Source of the DNA: Macrostomum hystrix
Taxonomy: Eukaryota; Animalia; Platyhelminthes
NCBI GenBank assembly: GCA_950097015.1
Contig: CATNEN010000038.1
Span: 25,048,001 to 25,112,000 of the forward strand
Direction of reading: 5' to 3'
Length of the DNA: 64,000 bases
Shown here piece after piece: positions 23,701 to 35,520 of the stretch (positions are counted from its first letter, which is position 1; every line of letters begins with the position of its first letter). Under the pieces are notes generated by a model that was not told the DNA's origin, searched no databases, and was given only the letters and a program-made list of their open reading frames with translations. Both the position numbers and the translations under genes were made by a program.

Positions 23701-26700
23701 TGTGACGAGCACTGGCGTCTTCAGAGAGATGAGCCTCAACGAGAGCCGAGTGCAGTTCAAGGAGGAGATCGCCGTCACTGGAAGCGGATGCTTCAAAGAA
23801 CAAGCGTATGCGCAGAGCCAGGTGCAGCACGGAGAGATCATGGAGGTCAGTGCCACAGGCTGCTTTAAAGAATCACATCTGAGCGAGAGCAGAGCGCAGT
23901 TCAAGGAAGAAGTCGCTGTGACGAGCAGTGGCGTCTTCAGAGAGATGAGCCTCAACGAGAGCAGAGTGCAGTTCAAGGAGGAGATCACCGTCACTGGAAG
24001 CGGCTGCTTCAAAGAACTAGCGTATGCGCAGAGCCAGGTGCAGCACGGAGAGATCATCGAGGTCAGTGCCACAGGCTGCTTTAAAGAATCACATCTGAGC
24101 GAGAGCAGAGCGCAGTTCAAGGAAGAAGTCGCTGTGACGAGCAGTGGCGTCTTCAGAGAGATGAGCCTCAACGAGAGCCGAGTGCAGTTCAAGGAGGAGA
24201 TCGCCGTCACTGGAAGCGGCTGCTTCAAAGAACAAGCGTATGCGCAGAGCCAGGTGCAGCACGGAGAGATCATCGAGGTCAGTGCCACAGGCTGCTTCAA
24301 AGAGTCACATCTGAGCGAGAGCAGAGCGCAGTTCAAGGAAGAAGTCGCTGTGACGAGCAGTGGCGTCTTCAGAGAGATGAGCCTCAACGAGAGCAGAGTG
24401 CAGTTCAAGGAGGAGATCACCGTCACTGGAAGCGGCTGCTTCAAAGAACTAGCGTATGCGCAGAGCCAGGTGCAGCACGGAGAGATCATCGAGGTCAGTG
24501 CCACAGGCTGCTTTAAAGAATCACATCTGAGCGAGAGCAGAGCGCAGTTCAAGGAAGAAGTCGCTGTGACGAGCAGTGGCGTCTTCAGAGAGATGAGCCT
24601 CAACGAGAGCCGAGTGCAGTTCAAGGAGGAGATCGCCGTCACTGGAAGCGGCTGCTTCAAAGAACAAGCGTATGCGCAGAGCCAGGTGCAGCACGGAGAG
24701 ATCATCGAGGTCAGTGCCACAGGCTGCTTCAAAGAGTCACATCTGAGCGAGAGCAGAGCGCAGTTCAAGGAAGAAGTCGCCGTGACCGCTAGCGGATGCT
24801 TCAAAGAGTCACATCTGAGCGAGAGCAGAGCGCAGTTCAAGGAAGAAGTCGCTGTGACGAGCAGTGGCGTCTTCAGAGAGATGAGCCTTAACGTGAGCCG
24901 AGTGCAGTTCAAGGAGGAGATCGCCGTCAGTGGAAGCGGCTGCTTCAAAGAACAAGCGTATGCGCATAGTCAGGTGCAGCACGGAGAGATCATCGAGGTC
25001 AGTGCAACAGGCTGCTTCAAAGAGTCACATCTGAGCGAGAGCAGAGCGCAGTTCAAGGAAGAAGTCGCTGTGACGAGCAGTGGCGTCTTCAGAGAGATGA
25101 GCCTTAACGTGAGCCGAGTGCAGTTCAAGGAGGAGATCGCCGTCACTGGAAGCGGCTGCTTCAAAGAACAAGCGTATGCGCATAGTCAGGTGCAGCACGG
25201 AGAGATCATCGAGGTCAGTGCAACAGGCTGCTTCAAAGAGTCACATCTGAGCGAGAGCAAAGCGCAGTTCAAGGAAGAAGTCGCCGTGACCGCTAGTGGA
25301 TGTTTCAAAGAGTCACATCTGAGCGAGAGCAGAGCGCAGTTCAAGGAAGAAGTCGTTGTGACGAGCAGTGGCGTCTTCAGAGAGATGAGCCTCAACGAGA
25401 GCAGAGTGCAGTTCAAGGAGGAGATCGCCGTCACTGGAAGCGGCTGCTTCAAAGAACAAGCGTATGCGCAGAGCCAGGTGCAGCACGGAGAGATCATCGA
25501 GGTCAGTGCCACAGGCTGCTTCAAAGAGTCACATCTGAGCGAGAGCAGAGCGCAGTTCAAGGAAGAAGTCGCTGTGACGAGCAGTGGCGTCTTCAGAGAG
25601 ATGAGCCTCAACGAGAGCCGAGTGCAGTTCAAGGAGGAGATCGCCGTCACTGGAAGCGGCTGCTTCAAAGAACTAGCGTATGCGCAGAGCCAGGTGCAGC
25701 ACGGAGAGATCATCGAGGTCAGTGCCACAGGCTGCTTCAAAGAGTCACATCTGAGCGAGAGCAGAGCGCAGTTCAAGGAAGAAGTCGCCGTGACCGCTAG
25801 CGGATGCTCCAAAGAGTCACATCTGAGCGAGAGCAGAGCGCAGTTCAAGGAAGAAGTCGCTGTGACGAGCACTGGCGTCTTCAGAGAGATGAGCCTCAAC
25901 GAGAGCCGAGTGCAGTTCAAGGAGGAGATCGCCGTCACTGGAAGCGGATGCTTCAAAGAACAAGCGTATGCGCAGAGCCAGGTGCAGCACGGAGAGATCA
26001 TGGAGGTCAGTGCCACAGGCTGCTTTAAAGAATCACATCTGAGCGAGAGCAGAGCGCAGTTCAAGGAAGAAGTCGCTGTGACGAGCAGTGGCGTCTTCAG
26101 AGAGATGAGCCTCAACGAGAGCAGAGTGCAGTTCAAGGAGGAGATCACCGTCACTGGAAGCGGCTGCTTCAAAGAACTAGCGTATGCGCAGAGCCAGGTG
26201 CAGCACGGAGAGATCATCGAGGTCAGTGCCACAGGCTGCTTTAAAGAATCACATCTGAGCGAGAGCAGAGCGCAGTTCAAGGAAGAAGTCGCTGTGACGA
26301 GCAGTGGCGTCTTCAGAGAGATGAGCCTCAACGAGAGCCGAGTGCAGTTCAAGGAGGAGATCGCCGTCACTGGAAGCGGCTGCTTCAAAGAACAAGCGTA
26401 TGCGCAGAGCCAGGTGCAGCACGGAGAGATCATCGAGGTCAGTGCCACAGGCTGCTTCAAAGAGTCACATCTGAGCGAGAGCAGAGCGCAGTTCAAGGAA
26501 GAAGTCGCTGTGACGAGCAGTGGCGTCTTCAGAGAGATGAGCCTCAACGAGAGCAGAGTGCAGTTCAAGGAGGAGATCACCGTCACTGGAAGCGGCTGCT
26601 TCAAAGAACTAGCGTATGCGCAGAGCCAGGTGCAGCACGGAGAGATCATCGAGGTCAGTGCCACAGGCTGCTTTAAAGAATCACATCTGAGCGAGAGCAG

Positions 26701-29700
26701 AGCGCAGTTCAAGGAAGAAGTCGCTGTGACGAGCAGTGGCGTCTTCAGAGAGATGAGCCTCAACGAGAGCCGAGTGCAGTTCAAGGAGGAGATCGCCGTC
26801 ACTGGAAGCGGCTGCTTCAAAGAACAAGCGTATGCGCAGAGCCAGGTGCAGCACGGAGAGATCATCGAGGTCAGTGCCACAGGCTGCTTCAAAGAGTCAC
26901 ATCTGAGCGAGAGCAGAGCGCAGTTCAAGGAAGAAGTCGCCGTGACCGCTAGCGGATGCTTCAAAGAGTCACATCTGAGCGAGAGCAGAGCGCAGTTCAA
27001 GGAAGAAGTCGCTGTGACGAGCAGTGGCGTCTTCAGAGAGATGAGCCTTAACGTGAGCCGAGTGCAGTTCAAGGAGGAGATCGCCGTCAGTGGAAGCGGA
27101 TGCTTCAAAGAACAAGCGTATGCGCATAGTCAGGTGCAGCACGGAGAGATCATCGAGGTCAGTGCAACAGGCTGCTTCAAAGAGTCACATCTGAGCGAGA
27201 GCAGAGCGCAGTTCAAGGAAGAAGTCGCCGTGACCGCTAGCGGATGCTCCAAAGAGTCACATCTGAGCGAGAGCAGAGCGCAGTTCAAGGAAGAAGTCGC
27301 TGTGACGAGCACTGGCGTCTTCAGAGAGATGAGCCTTAACGTGAGCCGAGTGCAGTTCAAGGAGGAGATCGCCGTCAGTGGAAGCGGCTGCTTCAAAGAA
27401 CAAGCGTATGCGCATAGTCAGGTGCAGCACGGAGAGATCATCGAGGTCAGTGCAACAGGCTGCTTCAAAGAGTCACATCTGAGCGAGAGCAAAGCGCAGT
27501 TCAAGGAAGAAGTCGCCGTGACCGCTAGTGGATGTTTCAAAGAGTCACATCTGAGCGAGAGCAGAGCGCAGTTCAAGGAAGAAGTCGTTGTGACGAGCAG
27601 TGGCGTCTTCAGAGAGATGAGCCTCAACGAGAGCAGAGTGCAGTTCAAGGAGGAGATCGCCGTCACTGGAAGCGGCTGCTTCAAAGAACAAGCGTATGCG
27701 CAGAGCCAGGTGCAGCACGGAGAGATCATCGAGGTCAGTGCCACAGGCTGCTTCAAAGAGTCACATCTGAGCGAGAGCAGAGCGCAGTTCAAGGAAGAAG
27801 TCGCTGTGACGAGCAGTGGCGTCTTCAGAGAGATGAGCCTCAACGAGAGCCGAGTGCAGTTCAAGGAGGAGATCGCCGTCACTGGAAGCGGCTGCTTCAA
27901 AGAACTAGCGTATGCGCAGAGCCAGGTGCAGCACGGAGAGATCATCGAGGTCAGTGCCACAGGCTGCTTCAAAGAGTCACATCTGAGCGAGAGCAGAGCG
28001 CAGTTCAAGGAAGAAGTCGCCGTGACCGCTAGCGGATGCTTCAAAGAGTCACATCTGAGCGAGAGCAGAGCGCAGTTCAAGGAAGAAGTCGCTGTGACGA
28101 GCAGTGGCGTCTTCAGAGAGATGAGCCTTAACGTGAGCCGAGTGCAGTTCAAGGAGGAGATCGCCGTCAGTGGAAGCGGCTGCTTCAAAGAACAAGCGTA
28201 TGCGCATAGTCAGGTGCAGCACGGAGAGATCATCGAGGTCAGTGCAACAGGCTGCTTCAAAGAGTCACATCTGAGCGAGAGCAAAGCGCAGTTCAAGGAA
28301 GAAGTCGCCGTGACCGCTAGTGGATGTTTCAAAGAGTCACATCTGAGCGAGAGCAGAGCGCAGTTCAAGGAAGAAGTCGCTGTGACGAGCAGTGGCGTCT
28401 TCAGAGAGATGAGCCTCAACGAGAGCAGAGTGCAGTTCAAGGAGGAGATCGCCGTCACTGGAAGCGGATGCTTCAAAGAACTAGCCTATGCGCAGAGCCA
28501 GGTGCAGCACGGAGAGATCATCGAGGTCAGTGCCACAGGCTGCTTTAAAGAATCACATCTGAGCGAGAGCAGAGCGCAGTTCAAGGAAGAAGTCGCTGTG
28601 ACGAGCAGTGGCGTCTTCAGAGAGATGAGCCTCAACGAGAGCAGAGTGCAGTTCAAGGAGGAGATCGCCGTCACTGGAAGCGGATGCTTCAAAGAACTAG
28701 CCTATGCGCAGAGCCAGGTGCAGCACGGAGAGATCATCGAGGTCAGTGCCACAGGCTGCTTTAAAGAATCACATCTGAGCGAGAGCAGAGCGCAGTTCAA
28801 GGAAGAAGTCGCTGTGACGAGCAGTGGCGTCTTCAGAGAGATGAGCCTCAACGAGAGCCGAGTGCAGTTCAAGGAGGAGATCGCCGTCACTGGAAGCGGC
28901 TGCTTCAAAGAACAAGCGTATGCGCAGAGCCAGGTGCAGCACGGAGAGATCATCGAGGTCAGTGCCACAGGCTGCTTCAAAGAGTCACATCTGAGCGAGA
29001 GCAGAGCGCAGTTTAAGGAAGAAGTCGCCGTGACCGCTAGCGGATGCTTCAAAGAGTCACATCTGAGCGAGAGCAGAGCGCAGTTCAAGGAAGAAGTCGC
29101 TGTGACGAGCAGTGGCGTCTTCAGAGAGATGAGCCTCAACGAGAGCAGAGTGCAGTTCAAGGAGGAGATCACCGTCACTGGAAGCGGCTGCTTCAAAGAA
29201 CTAGCGTATGCGCAGAGCCAGGTGCAGCACGGAGAGATCATCGAGGTCAGTGCCACAGGCTGCTTTAAAGAGTCACATCTGAGCGAGAGCAGAGCGCAGT
29301 TCAAGGAAGAAGTCGTTGTGACGAGCAGTGGCGTCTTCAGAGAGATGAGCCTCAACGAGAGCAGAGTGCAGTTCAAGGAGGAGATCGCCGTCACTGGAAG
29401 CGGATGCTTCAAAGAACTAGCGTATGCGCAGAGCCAGGTGCAGCACGAAGAGATCATCGAGGTCAGTGCAACAGGCTGCTTCAAAGAGTCACATCTGACC
29501 GAGAGCAGAGCGCAGTTCAAGGAAGAAGTCGCCGTGACCGCTAGCGGATGCTTCAAAGAGTCACATCTGAGCGAGAGCAGAGCGCAGTTCAAGGAAGAAG
29601 TCGCTGTGACGAGCAGTGGCGTCTTCAGAGAGATGAGCCTCAACGAGAGCAGAGTGCAGTTCAAGGAGGAGATCACCGTCACTGGAAGCGGCTGCTTCAA

Positions 29701-32700
29701 AGAACTAGCGTATGCGCAGAGCCAGGTGCAGCACGGAGAGATCATCGAGGTCAGTGCCACAGGCTGCTTTAAAGAATCACATCTGAGCGAGAGCAGAGCG
29801 CAGTTCAAGGAAGAAGTCGCTGTGACGAGCAGTGGCGTCTTCAGAGAGATGAGCCTCAACGAGAGCCGAGTGCAGTTCAAGGAGGAGATCGCCGTCACTG
29901 GAAGCGGCTGCTTCAAAGAACAATCGTATGCGCAGAGCCAGGTGCAGCACGGAGAGATCATCGAGGTCAGTGCCACAGGCTGCTTCAAAGAGTCACATCT
30001 GAGCGAGAGCAGAGCGCAGTTTAAGGAAGAAGTCGCCGTGACCGCTAGCGGATGCTTCAAAGAGTCACATCTGAGCGAGAGCAGAGCGCAGTTCAAGGAA
30101 GAAGTCGCTGTGACGAGCAGTGGCGTCTTCAGAGAGATGAGCCTCAACGAGAGCAGAGTGCAGTTCAAGGAGGAGATCGCCGTCACTGGAAGCGGATGCT
30201 TCAAAGAACAAGCGTATGCGCAGAGCCAGGTGCAGCACGGAGAGATCATCGAGGTCAGTGCCACAGGCTGCTTCAAAGAGTCACATCTGAGCGAGAGCAA
30301 AGCGCAGTTCAAGGAAGAAGTCGCTGTGACCGCTAGCGGATGCTTCAAAGAGTCACATCTGAGCGAGAGCAGAGCGCAGTTCAAGGAAGAAGTCGCTGTG
30401 ACGAGCAGTGGCGTCTTCAGAGAGATGAGCCTCAACGAGAGCAGAGTGCAGTTCAAGGAGGAGATCACCGTCACTGGAAGCGGCTGCTTCAAAGAACAAG
30501 CGTATGCGCAGAGCCAGGTGCAGCACGGAGAGATCATCGAGGTCAGTGCCACAGGCTGCTTCAAAGAATCACATCTGAGCGAGAGCAGAGCGCAGTTCAA
30601 GGAAGAAGTCGCCGTGACCGCTAGTGGATGTTTCAAAGAGTCACATCTGAGCGAGAGCAGAGCGCAGTTCAAGGAAGAAGTCGCTGTGACGAGCACTGGC
30701 GTCTTCAGAGAGATGAGCCTCAACGAGAGCAGAGTGCAGTTCAAGGAGGAGATCGCCGTCACTGGAAGCGGATGCTTCAAAGAACAAGCGTATGCGCAGA
30801 GCCAGGTGCAGCACGGAGAGATCATCGAGGTCAGTGCCACAGGCTGCTTCAAAGAGTCACATCTGAGCGAGAGCAAAGCGCAGTTCAAGGAAGAAGTCGC
30901 TGTGACCGCTAGCGGATGCTTCAAAGAGTCACATCTGAGCGAGAGCAGAGCGCAGTTCAAGGAAGAAGTCGCTGTGACGAGCACTGGCGTCTTCAGAGAG
31001 ATGAGCCTTAACGAGAGCCGAGTGCAGTTCAAGGAGGAGATCGCCGTCAGTGGAAGCGGATGCTTCAAAGAACAAGCGTATGCGCAGAGCCAGGTGCAGC
31101 ATGGAGAGATCATCGAGGTCAGTGCCACAGGCTGCTTCAAAGAGTCACATCTGAGCGAGAGCAGAGCGCAGTTTAAGGAAGAAGTCGCCGTGACCGCTAG
31201 CGGATGCTTCAAAGAGTCACATCTGAGCGAGAGCAGAGCGCAGTTCAAGGAAGAAGTCGCTGTGACGAGCAGTGGCGTCTTCAGAGAGATGAGCCTCAAC
31301 GAGAGCCGAGTGCAGTTCAAGGAGGAGATCGCCGTCACTGGAAGCGGATGCTTCAAAGAACAAGCGTATGCGCAGAGCCAGGTGCAGCACGGAGAGATCA
31401 TCGAGGTCAGTGCCACAGGCTGCTTTAAAGAATCACATCTGAGCGAGAGCAGAGCGCAGTTCAAGGAAGAAGTCGCTGTGACGAGCAGTGGCGTCTTCAG
31501 AGAGATGAGCCTCAACGAGAGCAGAGTGCAGTTCAAGGAGGAGATCGCCGTCACTGGAAGCGGATGCTTCAAAGAACTAGCGTATGCGCAGAGCCAGGTG
31601 CAGCACGGAGAGATCATCGAGGTCAGTGCAACAGGCTGCTTCAAAGAGTCACATCTGAGCGACAGCAGAGCGCAGTTCAAGGAAGAAGTCGCCGTGACCG
31701 CTAGTGGATGTTTCAAAGAGTCACATCTGAGCGAGAGCAGAGCGCAGTTCAAGGAAGAAGTCGCTGTGACGAGCACTGGCGTCTTCAGAGAGATGAGCCT
31801 CAACGAGAGCAGAGTGCAGTTCAAGGAGGAGATCGCCGTCACTGGAAGCGGATGCTTCAAAGAACAAGCGTATGCGCAGAGCCAGGTGCAGCACGGAGAG
31901 ATCATCGAGGTCAGTGCCACAGGCTGCTTCAAAGAGTCACATCTGAGCGAGAGCAAAGCGCAGTTCAAGGAAGAAGTCGCTGTGACCGCTAGCGGATGCT
32001 TCAAAGAGTCACATCTGAGCGAGAGCAGAGCGCAGTTCAAGGAAGAAGTCGCTGTGACGAGCAGTGGCGTCTTCAGAGAGATGAGCCTCAACGAGAGCCG
32101 AGTGCAGTTCAAGGAGGAGATCGCCGTCACTGGAAGCGGATGCTTCAAAGAACAAGCGTATGCGCAGAGCCAGGTGCAGCACGGAGAGATCATCGAGGTC
32201 AGTGCCACAGGCTGCTTTAAAGAATCACATCTGAGCGAGAGCAGAGCGCAGTTCAAGGAAGAAGTCGCTGTGACGAGCAGTGGCGTCTTCAGAGAGATGA
32301 GCCTCAACGAGAGCAGAGTGCAGTTCAAGGAGGAGATCGCCGTCACTGGAAGCGGATGCTTCAAAGAACTAGCGTATGCGCAGAGCCAGGTGCAGCACGG
32401 AGAGATCATCGAGGTCAGTGCAACAGGCTGCTTCAAAGAGTCACATCTGAGCGACAGCAGAGCGCAGTTCAAGGAAGAAGTCGCCGTGACCGCTAGTGGA
32501 TGTTTCAAAGAGTCACATCTGAGCGAGAGCAGAGCGCAGTTCAAGGAAGAAGTCGCTGTGACGAGCAGTGGCGTCTTCAGAGAGATGAGCCTCAACGAGA
32601 GCCGAGTGCAGTTCAAGGACGAGATCGCCGTCACTGGAAGCGGCTGCTTCAAAGAACAAGCGTATGCGCAGAGCCAGGTGCAGCACGGAGAGATCATCGA

Positions 32701-34488
32701 GGTCAGTGCCACAGGCTGCTTCAAAGAGTCAAATCTGAGCGAGAGCAGAGTGCAGTTCAAGGAAGAAGTCGCTGTGACGAGCAGTGGCGTCTTCAGAGAG
32801 ATGAGCCTTAACGAGAGCCGAGTGCAGTTCAAGGAGGAGATCGCCGTCAGTGGAAGCGGATGCTTCAAAGAACAAGCGTATGCGCATAGTCAGGTGCAGC
32901 ACGGAGAGATCATCGAGGTCAGTGCCACAGGCTGCTTCAAAGAGTCACATCTGAGCGAGAGCAGAGCGCAGTTCAAGGAAGAAGTCGCTGTGACGAGCAG
33001 TGGCGTCTTCAGAGAGATGAGCCTCAACGAGAGCCGAGTGCAGTTCAATGAGGAGATCGCCGTCACTGGAAGCGGCTGCTTCAAAGAACAAGCGTATGCG
33101 CAGAGCCAGGTGCAGCATGGAGAGATCATCGAGGTCAGTGCCACAGGCTGCTTCAAAGAGTCACATCTGAGCGAGAGCAGAGCGCAGTTTAAGGAAGAAG
33201 TCGCCGTGACCGCTAGCGGATGCTTCAAAGAGTCACATCTGAGCGAGAGCAGAGCGCAGTTCAAGGAAGAAGTCGCTGTGACGAGCAGTGGCGTCTTCAG
33301 AGAGATGAGCCTCAACGAGAGCCGAGTGCAGTTCAAGGAGGAGATCGCCGTCAGTGGAAGCGGCTGCTTCAAAGAACAAGCGTATACGCAGAGCCAGGTG
33401 CAGCACGGAGAGATCATCGAGGTCAGTGCCACAGGCTGCTTCAAAGAGTCACATCTGAGCGAGAGCAAAGCGCAGTTCAAGGAAGAAGTCGCCGTGACCG
33501 CTAGCGGATGCTTCAATGAGTCACATCTGAGCGAGAGCAGAGCGCAGTTCAAGGAAGAAGTCGCCGTGACCGCTAGAGGATGCTTCAAAGAGTCACATCT
33601 GAGCGAGAGCAGAGCGCAGTTCAAGGAAGAAGTCGCTGTGACGAGCAGTGGCGTCTTCAGAGAGATGAGCCTCAACGAGAGCCGAGTGCAGTTCAAGGAG
33701 GAGATCGCCGTCACTGGAAGCGGCTGCTTTAAAGAACAAGCGTATGCGCAGAGCCAGGTGCAGCACGGAGAGATCATCGAGGTCAGTGCCACAGGCTGCT
33801 TCAAAGAGTCACGTCTGAGCGAGAGCAGAGCGCAGTTCAAGGCAGAGCATTTTCGGGTTCAAGAGATGTTGAAAAGGGTTGTTGTTGAGTCGTCAGGTTG
33901 TTCGCGAGAGATTAACATTGCTGAAAGCTTGATTTTGTGTCACTCTCTAGTGTGCAAGGATTGCTTCGCTTTTTCTACTGAGAATGTTGCGTCCGGAAAC
34001 GCTATTCGTGATTATGTTGACGCCTCTGTGCTCGCGAGGTTTTTCGTCAGTGAGAGCGGTGCTGAATGCATTAAGAAACAGTTTAGCCGGAGCACTCAGA
34101 TTAGTGTGTCCATCGCTGTTGAAAGCGGGACATACTTCGAGGCACCTTCGCCGTTAGAGTCTCAGATAGATGAAGTAAGTCGCGGGGCGTCGTTTACATT
34201 TGCCGGTATGTCTGTTAGTGAGAATTCAGTCGGACGCCTTGATTCAGCTGATTCGGCAGGATTCCCTCGACGCACCGTAGCCTCAACATTTAGCCGGCCT
34301 TCACTGGCATCCATTTCGATTTCGGAGACCGGGGCCGAGGGACTTGTTCCGCCTGATCTGCTGCCGTGGCCTGGTGTGCAGCACGACGAAGCAATTACTG
34401 AATCAGAAGTACAGACGGACACAGAGTCGGAAGCTGACTTTCTGGGCATGGCGGAGCGATACCATGTTGGAAAGATTTATGGCTTTAG
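14753..34488 (+). CDS. Giant ~19.7-kb coding exon of the same gene (~6,580 aa, ~230 tandem 24-aa repeats)
   Basis: Uninterrupted ORF 14639..34558. A phase-0 acceptor ttgcag|GAA at 14753 (alternative ctacag| at 14717, also in frame) fits the phase-0 donor at 14528. Donor TTTAG|gtacgt at 34488 is phase 2. Confidence 0.85.
16580..21650 (+). repeat. Coding 72-nt tandem array 1 (~70 units; 216-nt higher-order trimer)
   Basis: Units AVTSSGVFREMSLNESRVQFKEEI / AVTGSGCFKEQAYAQSQVQHGEII / EVSATGCFKESHLSESRAQFKEEV / AVTASGCFKESHLSESRAQFKEEV. Confidence 0.97.
22105..33845 (+). repeat. Coding 72-nt tandem array 2 (~163 units)
   Basis: Same four unit types as array 1; includes a near-exact 2160-nt (30-unit) tandem duplication. 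Confidence 0.97.
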
Positions 34489-34721
34489 GTACGTCTTTTT
34501 GGGGAAATACTGGAACTACTTTTACTGGAACTTTTATGTGCTATTAACACAAGGATGAAATTTTTTCTGGTAGTTGTTTTAAGTCTGTATGAAGCTAATG
34601 TGTATGTTACTTTTGCAAACAATTCGCCTGCGGTTATTCTTTTTTATCTTTCTGCTTCATATAGTTGGTAAACTTTTTTAATTATTCAAAGATTAACCCT
34701 CAAAATCTCTGTGCCACTAAG

Positions 34722-35520
34722 GCTGGATCATCTAAGCCGCCACAGGAGTGATGCTTCTGCGCAGACGGATTTGAAGCACAATTCTACAATCTGGCGCATG
34801 CTTCGACTGCAAGAGGGAAATTTCGAATTCGATGTACGCACAATGGTCAAGGTCATTGGAGCTGATAGCTTTGCCCAAGTTATTCGCCAGTTGAGACATG
34901 TCGCCGACGCCAGTGTGCAGACACTGTCAACCGACGATCAACAGCAACAGCAGGAACTGCGCCTCAGTGGCCAATGGCGTTTCGAAGCTGAGGACGGTTC
35001 CGTGCTGCTGGGCGAAAGAGGCAGCGTTGTCATCTCGCAGACAAATGTCGAACGTTACGTTCCTTCTAGGCCGACGTCTGTGGCATCGTCAGTTGCCGGA
35101 GACGATCTGGCTGAGGACCAGATAATGTCGCTCTTCCAGCAGCATCACGGCTCACTACATCATTCGCAGCATCTACATCAACAGCATCAGCATCACCAGC
35201 AGCATCAGCAGCAGCAGCAGCAGCAGCAATATCCTCATCCAGTCAACCTTCTAAGCCCACCGATGGCGACGTCTACCGGAAGTCAGTTGCTATCGCCATC
35301 AATTCATCTGCGACCACGTCCAATAAGCGGCTTCGGCACCGGGAGCTACGAGCCTATGCCGCCGCAACAGCTTCACAGCCATTTTCATTTCCAGCAGCAG
35401 CCGCAATCGCTGCAGACACCAACAATCACCGGGCAACAGCCACTTCACCATCAACCTAGCGGCGCCGTGACACCGCAGTCTGCCCGGATGACAACTGGTC
35501 GGCAAACGAGAACTGGACAG
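34722..35520 (+). CDS. Next exon of the giant gene: QT motifs followed by a Q/H/P-rich low-complexity tail; 3' end uncertain (further short exons possible at ~35630 and ~35795)
   Basis: Acceptor ctaag|G CTG GAT completes the phase-2 AG|G Arg codon; matches ORF 34711..35562. Candidate donors at 35520 and ~35550. Confidence 0.75.

Noticed and set aside
16462-33840. Very long antisense ORFs (1577, 1388 and 640 aa) and alternative-frame sense ORFs over the array
   Set aside because: Shadows of a 72-nt repeat. They are broken by single-base variants (e.g. CATAGT) that the main frame tolerates, and they end with the array.
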